Shown: positions 1 to 9,803, counted from the stretch's first letter. The stretch: 64,000 nt of DNA from Candidatus Binatia bacterium (GCA_963667495.1 OY763426.1:2009039-2073038), one strand, 5' to 3'. A program made the numbers and translations. Notes: generated by a model not told the origin, from the letters alone.

Positions 1-97
1 TCCTGCCGTAGTTGAGTTACGAGACGGATTACTCCAGATACGAGTATGACTTGACAGCCTCTTATGGAAGTAGTGACCACCAAAGAGGAATAGAGCA

Positions 98-129
98 AAT
101 AACGATGCTGTGTAGCCGCTCGTCATTCC
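98..129. repeat. 32-bp direct repeat, copy 1 (left of TA module), running into a REP-like palindrome (about 116-197)
   Basis: aataacgatgctgtgtagccgctcgtcattcc matches 866-897 at 30/32 positions. Confidence 0.85.
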
Positions 130-229
130 TGCGGAGGCATCCAGGCCCCCGGCCCCGGCTTCTGGATGCCGGATCACGTCCGGCATGACGAGAGCGGAAT
201 GGCATGGCTATAGCCTATCGGAAAACGCT

Positions 230-505
230 CTAGGTCTTCTCCGTCAGCCGGCCCGACAAATACTTGTGGATAACGCTGGACAATAGCGTCTGATACGGGA
301 TGCCTTCCTCCCGCGCCCGCACGTGCGCGAGGTTGAAGTCACGTTCGGTCACCCGCAGGTTGACCCGTCGGGTCTTGTTAAAGGTGCTGCGGGCCGCCTG
401 ACGTGCGCTCTCCATCTCACGTTCAGCCCCACGAGCGGACCTCAGTTCGCCCCGCTCGAACTTCTCTAGGATTTCCCGCTCTTCGGAATTCAGTTGGTCG
501 TTCAC
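230..505 (-). CDS. BrnA/CopG-like antitoxin (RHH)
   Basis: C-terminal RVNLRV...AREEGIPYQTLLSSVIHKY motif; overlaps the toxin gene by 4 bp. Confidence 0.8.
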   Translation of the reverse strand: MNDQLNSEEREILEKFERGELRSARGAEREMESARQAARSTFNKTRRVNLRVTERDFNLAHVRAREEGIPYQTLLSSVIHKYLSGRLTEKT

Positions 506-807
506 GATGATTGTCTCCTTTGATAATCCCGCGTCGCCTTCCGGCTAGGGATGATCGTCTTCAGGAACCTCGTGCCGTCCGCCTCAGTCACGAAAGGGAC
601 GAGGTAGAGGTACCGTTCGATGTCTACGACGTAGATCATCTGTCCAGGGTATCTTCCCTGATTGGGGTGTTCCAGTATGTTTATCAGACCACCTTGTTCA
701 ATCGCGGTGACAATACGCTCGAAGGAAATTCCTCGCTGCTCAACGAGTTGTTGGTTCTTCTCCGTACTCCAATCGAAGTGCGTCTCCACGGGCAAATCGT
801 CATCCAA
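502..807 (-). CDS. BrnT-family (DUF497) toxin
   Basis: FDWSTEKN...RGISFE, HPNQGRYPGQ, YLVPFV, FLKTIIPSRKAT motifs. Confidence 0.85.
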   Translation of the reverse strand: MDDDLPVETHFDWSTEKNQQLVEQRGISFERIVTAIEQGGLINILEHPNQGRYPGQMIYVVDIERYLYLVPFVTEADGTRFLKTIIPSRKATRDYQRRQSS

Positions 808-865
808 CGTGTGCGTTTTGTCAACCCATCAGCCCCAAAAATCGGGCCTGTTGTCGGCTAGCGCG

Positions 866-897
866 AATGACGATGCTGTGTAGCCGCCCGTCATTCC
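866..897. repeat. 32-bp direct repeat, copy 2 (right of TA module)
   Basis: aatgacgatgctgtgtagccgcccgtcattcc. Confidence 0.85.
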
Positions 898-997
898 GGC
901 GCAAGAACGTCACCCCCGCGAAAGACGTGACCGATAACAGTGCTTGAGTGGTTTAAGGGGATTGCCTTTTGACCTCCCCTTCGCCACAACAGAGCCC

Positions 998-1830
998 ATG
1001 ACTCGGCTCTCCTGGAATGAAATCCGTGCCCGCGCCGCTACGTTTGCCGAAGAGTGGCAGGACGCAGCCTATGAGAAAGGTGAGACGCAGAGCTTCTATA
1101 ACGACTTCTTCAATATCTTCGGGGTCAAGCGGCGCACCATTGCGCGCTACGAAGAGCACGTCAAACGCCTCGACAACTCGTCCGGCTTCATCGACCTGTT
1201 CTGGCCCGGCGTACTCCTGGTCGAACAAAAGAGCGCTGGCCGCGACCTGACCAAAGCATCCAGACAAGCAGACGACTACTTCGACGCCCTGCCCGAGCAA
1301 GACCGCCCGCGCTACATCCTGGTCAGCGACTTTCAGACCTTTGAGTTGCGCGATCGGGATGAGCGGGAACACGCGTTTTTCGCCCTGGTCGACCTACCTC
1401 AGCAGGTAGAGAAGTTCGGCTTTATCCTGGGCGTACAAAAGCGCACCTTCAAGGATCCGGACCCGGTCAACATTCAGGCGTCCGAACTCATAGGCCACCT
1501 GCACGACGCGCTCCAACAGTCCGGCTACACCGCCCACGACCTCGAACGCTTTCTCGTCCGTACCGTGTTCTGCCTGTTTGCCGACGATACCGGCATCTTC
1601 GAGCGATGCCGCTAGTCGTTGAGCGCATTCGGTGGGTGCGCGCCATGCGTCTGGCGAGCAAGAAAGCCGCGACGGTTAAGCTGGCCAACAGACCAACCCA
1701 ACTGGAAGGGAGGTCAATCCCGACCACGCCGTTTCTGGTTGTCCCCGAGGTGAGTTCTGAACGGCGGGAGTATGTCCCTATCGGCTGGTTAGAGCCGCCC
1801 ACGATTCCGAGCAACCTTGTTCGCGTCCTG
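998..1830 (+). pseudogene. MmeI-like type IIL restriction-modification gene, internally deleted and truncated
   Basis: N-terminal LSWNEIR..A..F, GFIDLFWPG, LVEQKS, YILVSDF, RTVFCLFADDTGIF (998-1605) joined out of frame to a TRD-like piece PEVSSERREYVPIG (1606-1830); methyltransferase motifs absent. Confidence 0.8.
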
Positions 1831-1949
1831 AAAATAGGGGGGGTAGGAGAGAGAAACGGACGAGGCGAAAAGCGAGGCGAAAGGGGATGAAAAAAAGGCG
1901 AAAAGCGAGCAAATGTATCGCTCAAAGCCAGCAGCCTCCCCAACTGTCC

Positions 1950-4184
1950 TCAAAACCGATAGGTGTAGCGCACCTTGAAGCGGCCCTCGCGGCCGATGGA
2001 GTGGAAGCCGCCCTCTTCGTCCAGCCAGCGCTGGTTGAAGACCAGAAAGATGTCGTTGCCCGGTTCGATGATCCAGCGGATGCGCGTGTTAAAGCTGAAC
2101 ACGTCCGACACGTTGTCGTACTGGATCAGGCTGAACCAGGACAGATTGGGGCTGACGGCGATGTCCAGCCGCACCCGCAACAACCGTGTGACAAAATTGC
2201 CTTCGGGCAGGCGGACATCGCTCTGAAGATATTCCGGGCTCAGGAACAGGCGCGGGCCGGGCTGAAAATTGAGACGCAGGTTCCAACTGTCGCGTTTGCC
2301 GCTGTAATAGTCGCCCCAGAAATGGGCCAGACTGGCCGACAGTTTGCGTTTATCCGCGGTCTCGGCCTTGGCCATATAGCGGCGGAAGGTGTAGCGGTCG
2401 GGCAGCAGCCGGACGCCACTGCTGATCTCAAAATCTTCGGTCAGGCGTTCCAACTGCTGCCAGGCCCGGAACATGAGCGTGTCGCCGCTCTCAAAGCGCC
2501 ACTCGCAGGGAAAGACGATGTTGCGGGTGAGGAGTCGGTTCGTGGACTGGTCGGTAATATAATTGCCGTCAAAAGCACAGGCGACTTGCCGTGTGCCCCA
2601 GCGCCCAGGACGTGGCGCCGCCTGGAGGAACCAGCCAAAGCGCCGAATGCCGGTGCGTGGCACAAAGCCCATGCTGGCCTCAAAATCCCGTTGCACCTCA
2701 CGATAGGTGCCGAATATCGTCCAGGTATCGTTGGGCAGATTGATCTGACTGCCCCAGGCCCAGTTTTTACGCGCCGTAGGACGAAAACTCTTTAATACAA
2801 ACGAAGACAGGGTGAGGTTGCGCCTTCCCAGGAATCTGGTGGTTTTATACAGAAAGTCGTGCCCGTAGAGGCCGCTCGCGTCTCCGTTCTCCGGTGTCCG
2901 ACGGGTCGCGATCAATCCCATCGAGGCCTGTTCGCCAAGGTCGCGCTTGAGCCGGACCACGCTGAAATTCTCGCCCGGTACGGGGTCGCGTTCCTGGGTC
3001 TGGGCGCTGAGTATCCCCAGGGAATACTTGCCAACCCGGCCGCTGAGTTTTGCGCCGCCGATCATGTCAACCGGTTTGCCGTCGTCGGCAATGCCGATAC
3101 GCCGGCTGAAAAAGGGGATAATCACCAACGGTCCCGAGGTCGGGGTCAGACCGTCAACCGCAAAATTGGGCGCGTCCTCCAGAAAGAACTGCCGCTTCTC
3201 AGGAAAGAAAAGTGAGAATCGTGTCAGGTTGACCTGCACATCGTCCGTCTCGGCCTCGGAAAAGTCGGTATTGAGCGTCAGGCTGAGCGTCAGACCGGGG
3301 GTGGGTTTGTAGAACAGGTCAAAGCCCGGCTTAAAGGACGCGGCATCGCGGCGCACCTCGGTGGTCAGAAACGGGGAAAAATCGAGTCCCAGACCCTGGG
3401 ACCTGTCGCGCAGTCCGGTGAGTCGGCCCGCGCGTGAGACCCGGTTGAAGTCCAGGCTCTGGAGGTAGCCGCTCCAGACCGTTTCTTCGTTCACCCGCTT
3501 GATGATGCGCTGGACGTTGAAGCCCCAGTTCGATTGTCCCGGAGCATAGCTCAGGGTCTGAAACGGAATTTCAAATTCCGCGCTCCAGCCGCTCGGTGAG
3601 CGTGCGGTCTTCACGTTCCAGATGCCGTTCCAGTCCCGGTTTTCGGTCTCCCCCTCGTCTCCGATGAGTTCGTCCACCCGTGCCCCAACCGAGTTGGTTT
3701 GAAATTTGAACGCGTTGCGCCTATCCGCAAACGTATCGAACAAGAGCGTCACCCGATCATCCGCAGCCAGGTCCGCGTCCCGGTTAAAGCGGGTGGCAAC
3801 CGCGGCACTCGGGTCCGAGTCGTGACACAGCACGCCGACGTAGAGATGGGTCGCCGTGTACAGGACGCGCACCTCGGTCGGCTGGGAGGCCGGAGCGCCT
3901 TCGTCCGGTTCGCGTTGGCGGAAATCGTCGCCGACCGGCGCCGTTTGCCAGGCCGGCTCGGTCAGCCGACCATCGAGGATAATGGACTGGGGGATCCGCA
4001 CGGCCTGCAACGCGACCGGAGCCAGCACCGAGACCTCCATATCATCAAGGGGGATGGGCTGGAGGGTACTCCCGGACTGCGCCGTCGGCGTATCGGCCGC
4101 GGCCGTGGCGGTCAGCACCAACACGACCAGGATCACGATGAGCAGAGATATGCGCGGGTTCAAAAGAGTAAACGTGTCCTCCAA
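1950..4184 (-). CDS. DUF5916 / CBM9-like domain secreted or outer-membrane protein
   Basis: Signal peptide; LDGRLTEPAW, WSAEFEIPF, WGFNVQR, LNTDFSEAETD, FFPEKRQFFLE, FFSRRIG; C-terminal YTYRF barrel signal. The start may be TTG at 4163. Confidence 0.8.
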   Translation of the reverse strand: MEDTFTLLNPRISLLIVILVVLVLTATAAADTPTAQSGSTLQPIPLDDMEVSVLAPVALQAVRIPQSIILDGRLTEPAWQTAPVGDDFRQREPDEGAPASQPTEVRVLYTATHLYVGVLCHDSDPSAAVATRFNRDADLAADDRVTLLFDTFADRRNAFKFQTNSVGARVDELIGDEGETENRDWNGIWNVKTARSPSGWSAEFEIPFQTLSYAPGQSNWGFNVQRIIKRVNEETVWSGYLQSLDFNRVSRAGRLTGLRDRSQGLGLDFSPFLTTEVRRDAASFKPGFDLFYKPTPGLTLSLTLNTDFSEAETDDVQVNLTRFSLFFPEKRQFFLEDAPNFAVDGLTPTSGPLVIIPFFSRRIGIADDGKPVDMIGGAKLSGRVGKYSLGILSAQTQERDPVPGENFSVVRLKRDLGEQASMGLIATRRTPENGDASGLYGHDFLYKTTRFLGRRNLTLSSFVLKSFRPTARKNWAWGSQINLPNDTWTIFGTYREVQRDFEASMGFVPRTGIRRFGWFLQAAPRPGRWGTRQVACAFDGNYITDQSTNRLLTRNIVFPCEWRFESGDTLMFRAWQQLERLTEDFEISSGVRLLPDRYTFRRYMAKAETADKRKLSASLAHFWGDYYSGKRDSWNLRLNFQPGPRLFLSPEYLQSDVRLPEGNFVTRLLRVRLDIAVSPNLSWFSLIQYDNVSDVFSFNTRIRWIIEPGNDIFLVFNQRWLDEEGGFHSIGREGRFKVRYTYRF

Positions 4185-4216
4185 TAAACACGAGATGCTG
4201 GATACGTTTACTCTTT
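4163..4216. repeat. 54-bp palindromic element copy 1 (17-bp arms, 20-bp spacer)
   Basis: aaagagtaaacgtgtcc-N20-ggatacgtttactcttt. Confidence 0.85.
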
Positions 4217-5038
4217 GTCGTCTTCCCTGAACAGCGCGTCGCGCCAGTCGAGCGCGGCGCGCAGGCCTTTTTCCTTCCGGATCTGGTTGAATGTCTCCTG
4301 CTCCTGCGTCCGGGTTGTGTCAAACATGACAACCAAATCGAGATTCTGGTAGATGCTGTTCAGAAAGCCCATGTTCTCATACGCCCGGTTAATGGCCGCT
4401 TTGTTAAACTTCACCCCGACCTGAGCGATCTTTACCAGTTTGCGTGCCGTCTTCTCACACTCGTGCATGAGCTGGTCGTGCGGTACGACGCGGTTGATCA
4501 TGCCCAGGCGTTCAGCCTCTTGAGCGGAGATCATCTCACCGGTCAGGAGAAGCTCCTTTGCCTTGGCAAACCCGACGCTGAACGGCGTGACCAGGACCGG
4601 GGGGCCGGTCCCAAACCGGATTTCCGGTTCGCCCAACACTGCCTGCTCAGAGGCAATTTTAATGTCGCATAACTGGGCGAGTTCACACGCGCCAGCCAGG
4701 GCATAGCCGTTAATCGCGGCAATATACGGTTTGCTGGAATGCCAGATCTTGAGAAAAATCTCGATGTTATACTTCAGATCGGACCGCCAGCTATCGGCAG
4801 AGCGGTCGTAGAGCTCGGGCTCACCTTCCGGCGGCGCGATATTGAACCCCGCAGAAAACGCCCGCCCGGCTCCGGTCAGAATCACGACCCGGATGTCATC
4901 ATCGGCTTCAATCGCGTCGAGCGCCTCGCCCAATTCGGCCATCAGTTCCTTGCTGAACGAATTGAGCTTCTGCGGTCGGTTGAGGGTCAGATAGCCGATG
5001 GCATCCTTCTTCTCGAATATCAGGTTCTGATACGCCAT
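4208..5038 (-). CDS. enoyl-CoA hydratase/isomerase (crotonase family)
   Basis: LTLNRP, GRAFSAG, AAINGYALAG motifs; AGGAGG RBS before the ATG at 5038. Confidence 0.9.
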   Translation of the reverse strand: MAYQNLIFEKKDAIGYLTLNRPQKLNSFSKELMAELGEALDAIEADDDIRVVILTGAGRAFSAGFNIAPPEGEPELYDRSADSWRSDLKYNIEIFLKIWHSSKPYIAAINGYALAGACELAQLCDIKIASEQAVLGEPEIRFGTGPPVLVTPFSVGFAKAKELLLTGEMISAQEAERLGMINRVVPHDQLMHECEKTARKLVKIAQVGVKFNKAAINRAYENMGFLNSIYQNLDLVVMFDTTRTQEQETFNQIRKEKGLRAALDWRDALFREDDKE

Positions 5039-5055
5039 ATCCCCTCCTGTAAGAG

Positions 5056-5109
5056 AAAGAGTGAACGTGTCCTCCACTCAGATATAATTGCTGGGCACGT
5101 TTACTCTTT
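5056..5109. repeat. 54-bp palindromic element copy 2
   Basis: aaagagtgaacgtgtcc-N20-gggcacgtttactcttt. Confidence 0.85.
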
Positions 5110-5214
5110 CCAAACCATAGCGAACCAATCCGAACAGTCTAGCCCGTCTCCGGCCCTCTTGCTCCCACCGGTGAAAATCTCCAGACTCGATCACACGAAA
5201 GATTGGGACGAGTC

Positions 5215-6447
5215 ATGCTGACCTCAGATCTCCTGCTGACGCGGACCGAAGGGCCGTATCTCTATCCACGCTATGTGCGGACCGACGCGCCGCGCTTTAC
5301 ACGGATGGCCGAGGAACTGATCGCCATCTATGCCGCGCATGCAGGAAAACCCAGGCGGGATCTGACCACGGCGCTCAGCCAGTATGCGGAAGACCGGACC
5401 GACTTTCGCATCCAGCGTGGGCTGGCCAAGTTGCTGCGCGATGACCGGTGTGAATTTGAGGAGCAGGCGGCGGTCCCGCCGCTGGAGGTCCGCCGCCGCC
5501 TGTTCGCTTTGGCTCGCGAAAACCATCCCGTGGTCTTACAGCCCGACCATATCCACCCCGTGACCAAAGACGAGTTGATCGCCGAGGTCGCACGCGAGTA
5601 TAAAGCCGAGCCGGAACAGATTGCCTGGGCACTCTACGCCGATCTGGCCGAGAACCATATCCTGACGCGCTTTGACCCGTCCGAGCCGGCATGGCTGCTC
5701 CAACGCTATAATGTCGCCTTGGCGCAGGCGCTGCTGTATCGCTGCGTGCGGATGAAGCTGTCGGTCTTTCGCAACATTCCGAGCCGCTACAAACAGCTCT
5801 TCAAGTTCATAAAATTCTATCAGCTCATGCACGCGATTGAGGGCGATCTTGACAGTGGCTATGAGATTCTGCTGGACGGGCCGGTCAGCATGTTCCGCTT
5901 ATCCCAGAAGTATGGCCTCAAGCTGGCCGTCTTCCTGCCGGCCCTGCTGCTGTGCACCCGCTGGAAGATGGAGGCCGAGATTGTCACCGCCGAGGGTGAG
6001 CAGCGCTACTTCCCCCTCGACGAGAGTAGCAATCTCGTCTCTCACTATCGTGACAGTACGATGTATGACTCGCTCCTTGAAAAGACCTTTGCCGAGCGCT
6101 TCCACGCGACTGAGAGCGGCTGGGAGATTGAACGCGAGGTAGCCATCATCAATCTGAAAGAAACCGTCTTTATTCCGGACTTTGCCTTTCGGCACGCAGA
6201 CGGGCGCACCGCGCTCATGGAAATCGTTGGCTATTGGCGGCCGGAGTACCTGAAAAAAAAACTCATGAAGCTGCGCCGTTCGGGTCGGGAAGACATGGTG
6301 ATTGCCGTGTCTGCCAACCTGAACGTCAGCCAGGACGACTTCACCGACGTTCCGGGTAGGGTGTTCTTTTTTAAGAACCGGATTAACCCCAAAGAGGTCA
6401 TCGCTCGACTCGAACAAGTCGGGCGGGATGCCCGCCAAGAAGTATAG
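5215..6447 (+). CDS. DUF790 family (Bax1-like) PD-(D/E)xK nuclease
   Basis: MLTSDLL start, LYADL, RYNVALAQALL, DGPVS, YG..LAVFLPALL, YDSLLE, IPDF, EIVGYW. Confidence 0.85.
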   Translation: MLTSDLLLTRTEGPYLYPRYVRTDAPRFTRMAEELIAIYAAHAGKPRRDLTTALSQYAEDRTDFRIQRGLAKLLRDDRCEFEEQAAVPPLEVRRRLFALARENHPVVLQPDHIHPVTKDELIAEVAREYKAEPEQIAWALYADLAENHILTRFDPSEPAWLLQRYNVALAQALLYRCVRMKLSVFRNIPSRYKQLFKFIKFYQLMHAIEGDLDSGYEILLDGPVSMFRLSQKYGLKLAVFLPALLLCTRWKMEAEIVTAEGEQRYFPLDESSNLVSHYRDSTMYDSLLEKTFAERFHATESGWEIEREVAIINLKETVFIPDFAFRHADGRTALMEIVGYWRPEYLKKKLMKLRRSGREDMVIAVSANLNVSQDDFTDVPGRVFFFKNRINPKEVIARLEQVGRDARQEV

Positions 6448-6462
6448 GAGAAGGAGAAAGCC

Positions 6463-7254
6463 ATGTCTGTCATTGCCTACGAAAAACGTGACCGAATCGC
6501 CTACGTCACCATCCACCGCCCGGAAGCCATGAATGCCCTCGGACCGGCCCACAATCAGGAACTCATCGAAGTCTGGACCGACTTTCGCGACGACCCGGAC
6601 GTCTGGGTGGCCATCCTCACCGGGAGTGGCGAGCGGGCCTTTTGCGCTGGGGCCGACCTCAAGACCTATACGCCGAGTATTGGCAGCGGTAATCCGTACG
6701 TGGTCAGACAGGTTGCCAACGGCCCGGGATTTGGAGGCATTACCCGTGGCCTCGAAATCTGGAAGCCGATTATCGGCGCCGTCAATGGCTACGCCCTAGC
6801 CGGAGGATTAGAACTGGCGCTGGCATGCGATATTCGCGTGGCGTCGGACAACGCCCAGTTCGGCTGCTCCGAGGTCAAGCGGGGGTTTCATCATTGTGAT
6901 GGCGGAACGGTCCGTCTGCCGCTGATCGTCGGCTTGGCCAATGCTCTCAAGATGCAGCTCACCGGGGAGCCGATTGACGCCCAGGAAGCCCTGCGGATCG
7001 GTCTGGTGAGTGAAGTCGTGCCCGCCGCGGAGCTTATGCCCACCGCCGAGCGCTATGCCCGGACCATTCTGCGCAACAGCCCGCTGGGCGTGCGGTCGGC
7101 CAAGGAATCCATGCTGCGCAGCCTCGGCCGCGTGCTTGAAGATGCCTTGCGGTTTGAGAACATCTTATTCTCGACGCTGACGCAGACCCAGGATTATACC
7201 GAAGGTCCGCGTGCGTTCGCGGAAAAGCGCCCGCCCGAGTGGAAAGGACAGTAG
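6463..7254 (+). CDS. enoyl-CoA hydratase/isomerase
   Basis: AFCAGADLK, GAVNGYALAGGLELALACD, AFAEKRPP. Confidence 0.9.
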   Translation: MSVIAYEKRDRIAYVTIHRPEAMNALGPAHNQELIEVWTDFRDDPDVWVAILTGSGERAFCAGADLKTYTPSIGSGNPYVVRQVANGPGFGGITRGLEIWKPIIGAVNGYALAGGLELALACDIRVASDNAQFGCSEVKRGFHHCDGGTVRLPLIVGLANALKMQLTGEPIDAQEALRIGLVSEVVPAAELMPTAERYARTILRNSPLGVRSAKESMLRSLGRVLEDALRFENILFSTLTQTQDYTEGPRAFAEKRPPEWKGQ

Positions 7255-7279
7255 GGGCGGGCGGCCTGCTCTGTGCAGC

Positions 7280-8539
7280 CTAGAGCTTCCCTGCCGCTCG
7301 CAGCTCTTTCACCTGGGCCTCTTGCACGATGGCGCCGTCTGTATACAGCGTGGCGACTTGCTCTTCCGAATAGGCCAGGCGCTCCTGCAACACCTCTTCA
7401 TTATGCTCGCCCAGGAATGCCGCCCGAAAGGGAATCTCGACGTTCGCGTTGGAGAAATGAAAGGGCGATTTGGCAATCGGGGTCGGACCCAGCAGCGGAT
7501 GTGGCACGTCTTGAAACAGTCCGCGTGCCTTCAACTGCGGGTGGGCTGCGGCGCCGGGAATATCCAGGATAGGCGCGGCAGGTACGCGGGCTTCGGCCAG
7601 AATTTTCAGGGGCGTTTCGTCATCTTCAAAGGTCTGAAGCCAGTCTTCGATATATTTCCGAACCTCTACGCTTCGCTGGACCCGATCCTCCATGGTGGCG
7701 TAGCGTTCGTCCGTCGCTAACTCCGGTTTGCCCATCGCCTTGGTGAGGGCCGGCCATTGATGCCCGGCGACGGCAAAAACGAGATGACCTTTTTTCGCCT
7801 TATACACGCCATAGGGGCACACATTGAAAAAGTCGCCGCCAAAACGCTGCGGCACGATAGCGCCCTGACTCATCAGAAAAAGTGGAAAATTGACGTAGTC
7901 CAGGTAGACCAGGGATTCGAGTTGCGACACGTCAATATATTGGCCCTGTCCGCTGTTGGCGCGGTGAAAGAGCGCGGCACAGATGGCAAGTGCGCCATGA
8001 ATACCCGCATTCGGATCCCCAAAATAGTCGCCCACATAGGTCGGTGGCCCATCCGGCTCGCCGGTCATGGCCATCACGCCACTCTGGGCCTGAGCGATAA
8101 TGTCAAAGCTGGTATGACTGGCGTACGGCCCGTCCTGCCCATAGCCTGACACCGAACACATGATCAGTTTGGCGTTCAGCTCTTTGAGCGTGTCATAGTC
8201 CAGCCCGTGTCGCGCCATGACTCCGGGGCTATAGTTCTCCACCACAACGTCAGCCTTTCGCGCCAGTTGATAGACGATTTCCTTTCCCTTTGGGTGTTTG
8301 ATCTCAACACAGACGCTTTTCTTGCCGGCGCAGGCGGCGAGATAGAGGGCGCTCTGGCCGTGCTCAACAAGATGGATCTGTCGTCCCAGGTCGCCGCCGG
8401 GCGCGCGTTCAATCTTGATGACATCTGCCCCAAGGTCGGCCAGAATCCGGGTTGCGGACGGCCCGGCGAGATATTGGGTAAAGTCGAGCACGGTTATCCC
8501 GGACAGGAGTTTCTGCGTACCATTTGTCTTGTTAGCCAT
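7280..8539 (-). CDS. family III CoA transferase (CaiB/BaiF)
   Basis: VLDFTQYLAGP, LADLGADVIKIE, ENYSPG, GEHNEEVL. Confidence 0.9.
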   Translation of the reverse strand: MANKTNGTQKLLSGITVLDFTQYLAGPSATRILADLGADVIKIERAPGGDLGRQIHLVEHGQSALYLAACAGKKSVCVEIKHPKGKEIVYQLARKADVVVENYSPGVMARHGLDYDTLKELNAKLIMCSVSGYGQDGPYASHTSFDIIAQAQSGVMAMTGEPDGPPTYVGDYFGDPNAGIHGALAICAALFHRANSGQGQYIDVSQLESLVYLDYVNFPLFLMSQGAIVPQRFGGDFFNVCPYGVYKAKKGHLVFAVAGHQWPALTKAMGKPELATDERYATMEDRVQRSVEVRKYIEDWLQTFEDDETPLKILAEARVPAAPILDIPGAAAHPQLKARGLFQDVPHPLLGPTPIAKSPFHFSNANVEIPFRAAFLGEHNEEVLQERLAYSEEQVATLYTDGAIVQEAQVKELRAAGKL

Positions 8540-8725
8540 GTCTCCTCCTCAGGGTCGTCGTAATGAGCTGAAGTCTGTTGGATTGTGGCGTATCAACCCA
8601 TAATTCACAATACGGCCTATGTCACATTGACTCTCGTTGCCAGTCGCCTACGATAATGAGAGGCGATTGAGGACACCGGGCCAGACACGCGGCAGAAATA
8701 CATGGCGCAGCAGAAAGGATACAGC

Positions 8726-9700
8726 ATGTTGATCAAAACTCCCCGCGGCTGGGAAATCCCTGAGCGCACGGCAACTCCGGAAGATGTCTTCCTCAACCGG
8801 CGGACCTTTTTACAAGCGCTCGGGATCGCCGGTATCAGCACGCTAGGTGTGTTTGCCGGGTGTGAAAGCTCGGGCGCAAAAGAAGCCCCGCTGGTTCGCG
8901 GCCTCCCCGAACCAAGCACCACCGCTGACCTCTATCCGGCGCAGCGCAACGAACAGTTTACCCTGGACCGGGCGTTGACGTCCGAAATGGACGCGGCCAA
9001 TTACAATAATTTCTACGAGTTCAGCTCGCGCAAAGAGTTGGTCGTACGCTTGGTTGAGCAGTGGCAGACCCGCCCCTGGCAGGTGGAGGTGACCGGTCTG
9101 GTGCATAAGCCCCAGACCTTTGATATCGATGACCTGGTGCGGAAGATGCCACTGGAAGAACGTCTCTACCGGCACCGTTGCGTAGAAGCTTGGTCCATGA
9201 GCGTGCCCTGGACCGGTTTTCCCATTAAGGCGCTGGTCGATCTTGTCCAGCCACTCGCCTCGGCCAAATACCTGCGCATGGTCACTTTCCACGACCCACA
9301 AGCGGCGCCCGGCCTGCGCAACGACACCTATCCGTGGCCGTATCACGAAGGACTCAGCATGGCTGAGGCCACCAATGAACTGTCCCTGTTCGTGACCGGC
9401 ATCTACGGCCATGAGTTGACCAAACAGCACGGTGCGCCGATTCGGCTCGTGGTGCCGTGGAAGTATGGCTATAAAAGTATCAAGTCGATTGTGCGCCTGG
9501 AATTTGTCGCAGAACAGCCCAAGACCTTCTGGAATACCCTCATCCCCTGGGAGTACGACTTTGTTGCCAACGTGAATCCTGCCATCCCTCATCCCCGTTG
9601 GTCCCAGGCGAGTGAGCGCGTCCTGGGGACGCGAGAAGTCAAAGCAACGCTCCCCTACAACGGGTATGGAGAGTTTGTGGCGTCTCTGTATCAGACATAA
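8726..9700 (+). CDS. msrP: protein-methionine-sulfoxide reductase catalytic subunit MsrP
   Basis: Tat signal NRRTFL, YNNFYEF, HRCVEAWS, HGAPIRLVVPWKYGYKSIKSI, HPRWSQASER. Confidence 0.92.
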   Translation: MLIKTPRGWEIPERTATPEDVFLNRRTFLQALGIAGISTLGVFAGCESSGAKEAPLVRGLPEPSTTADLYPAQRNEQFTLDRALTSEMDAANYNNFYEFSSRKELVVRLVEQWQTRPWQVEVTGLVHKPQTFDIDDLVRKMPLEERLYRHRCVEAWSMSVPWTGFPIKALVDLVQPLASAKYLRMVTFHDPQAAPGLRNDTYPWPYHEGLSMAEATNELSLFVTGIYGHELTKQHGAPIRLVVPWKYGYKSIKSIVRLEFVAEQPKTFWNTLIPWEYDFVANVNPAIPHPRWSQASERVLGTREVKATLPYNGYGEFVASLYQT

Positions 9701-9714
9701 GATCAGGTTGTTGA

Positions 9715-9803
9715 TCCTTCGACTTCGCCCCTCTGGGGCTACGCTCAGGATGCGCGGATTCTCCCTCCATCGGTCCTGAGCCTAGCGCAGCAGAGTCGAA
9801 GGA
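9715..9803. repeat. REP/MITE-like palindromic element
   Basis: Terminal inverted repeat tccttcgact/agtcgaagga with internal ctcagga/tcctgag pairing. Confidence 0.65.

Noticed and set aside
1831-1910. Purine-rich tract with short aggcgaaa repeats
   Set aside because: Low complexity with no regular period; probably scar sequence after the RM remnant.
1887-2795. 302-aa ORF on the + strand
   Set aside because: Antisense to the DUF5916 gene; no independent coding evidence.
4163-5109. 54-bp repeats read as a CRISPR array, dif site or attC
   Set aside because: Only two full copies about 840 bp apart with no cas genes; the geometry is not 11-6-11; no RYYYAAC/GTTRRRY ends or integron integrase.
8726-9700. 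msrP without an adjacent msrQ
   Set aside because: Unlinked or absent msrQ is not unusual and cannot be judged from one window.
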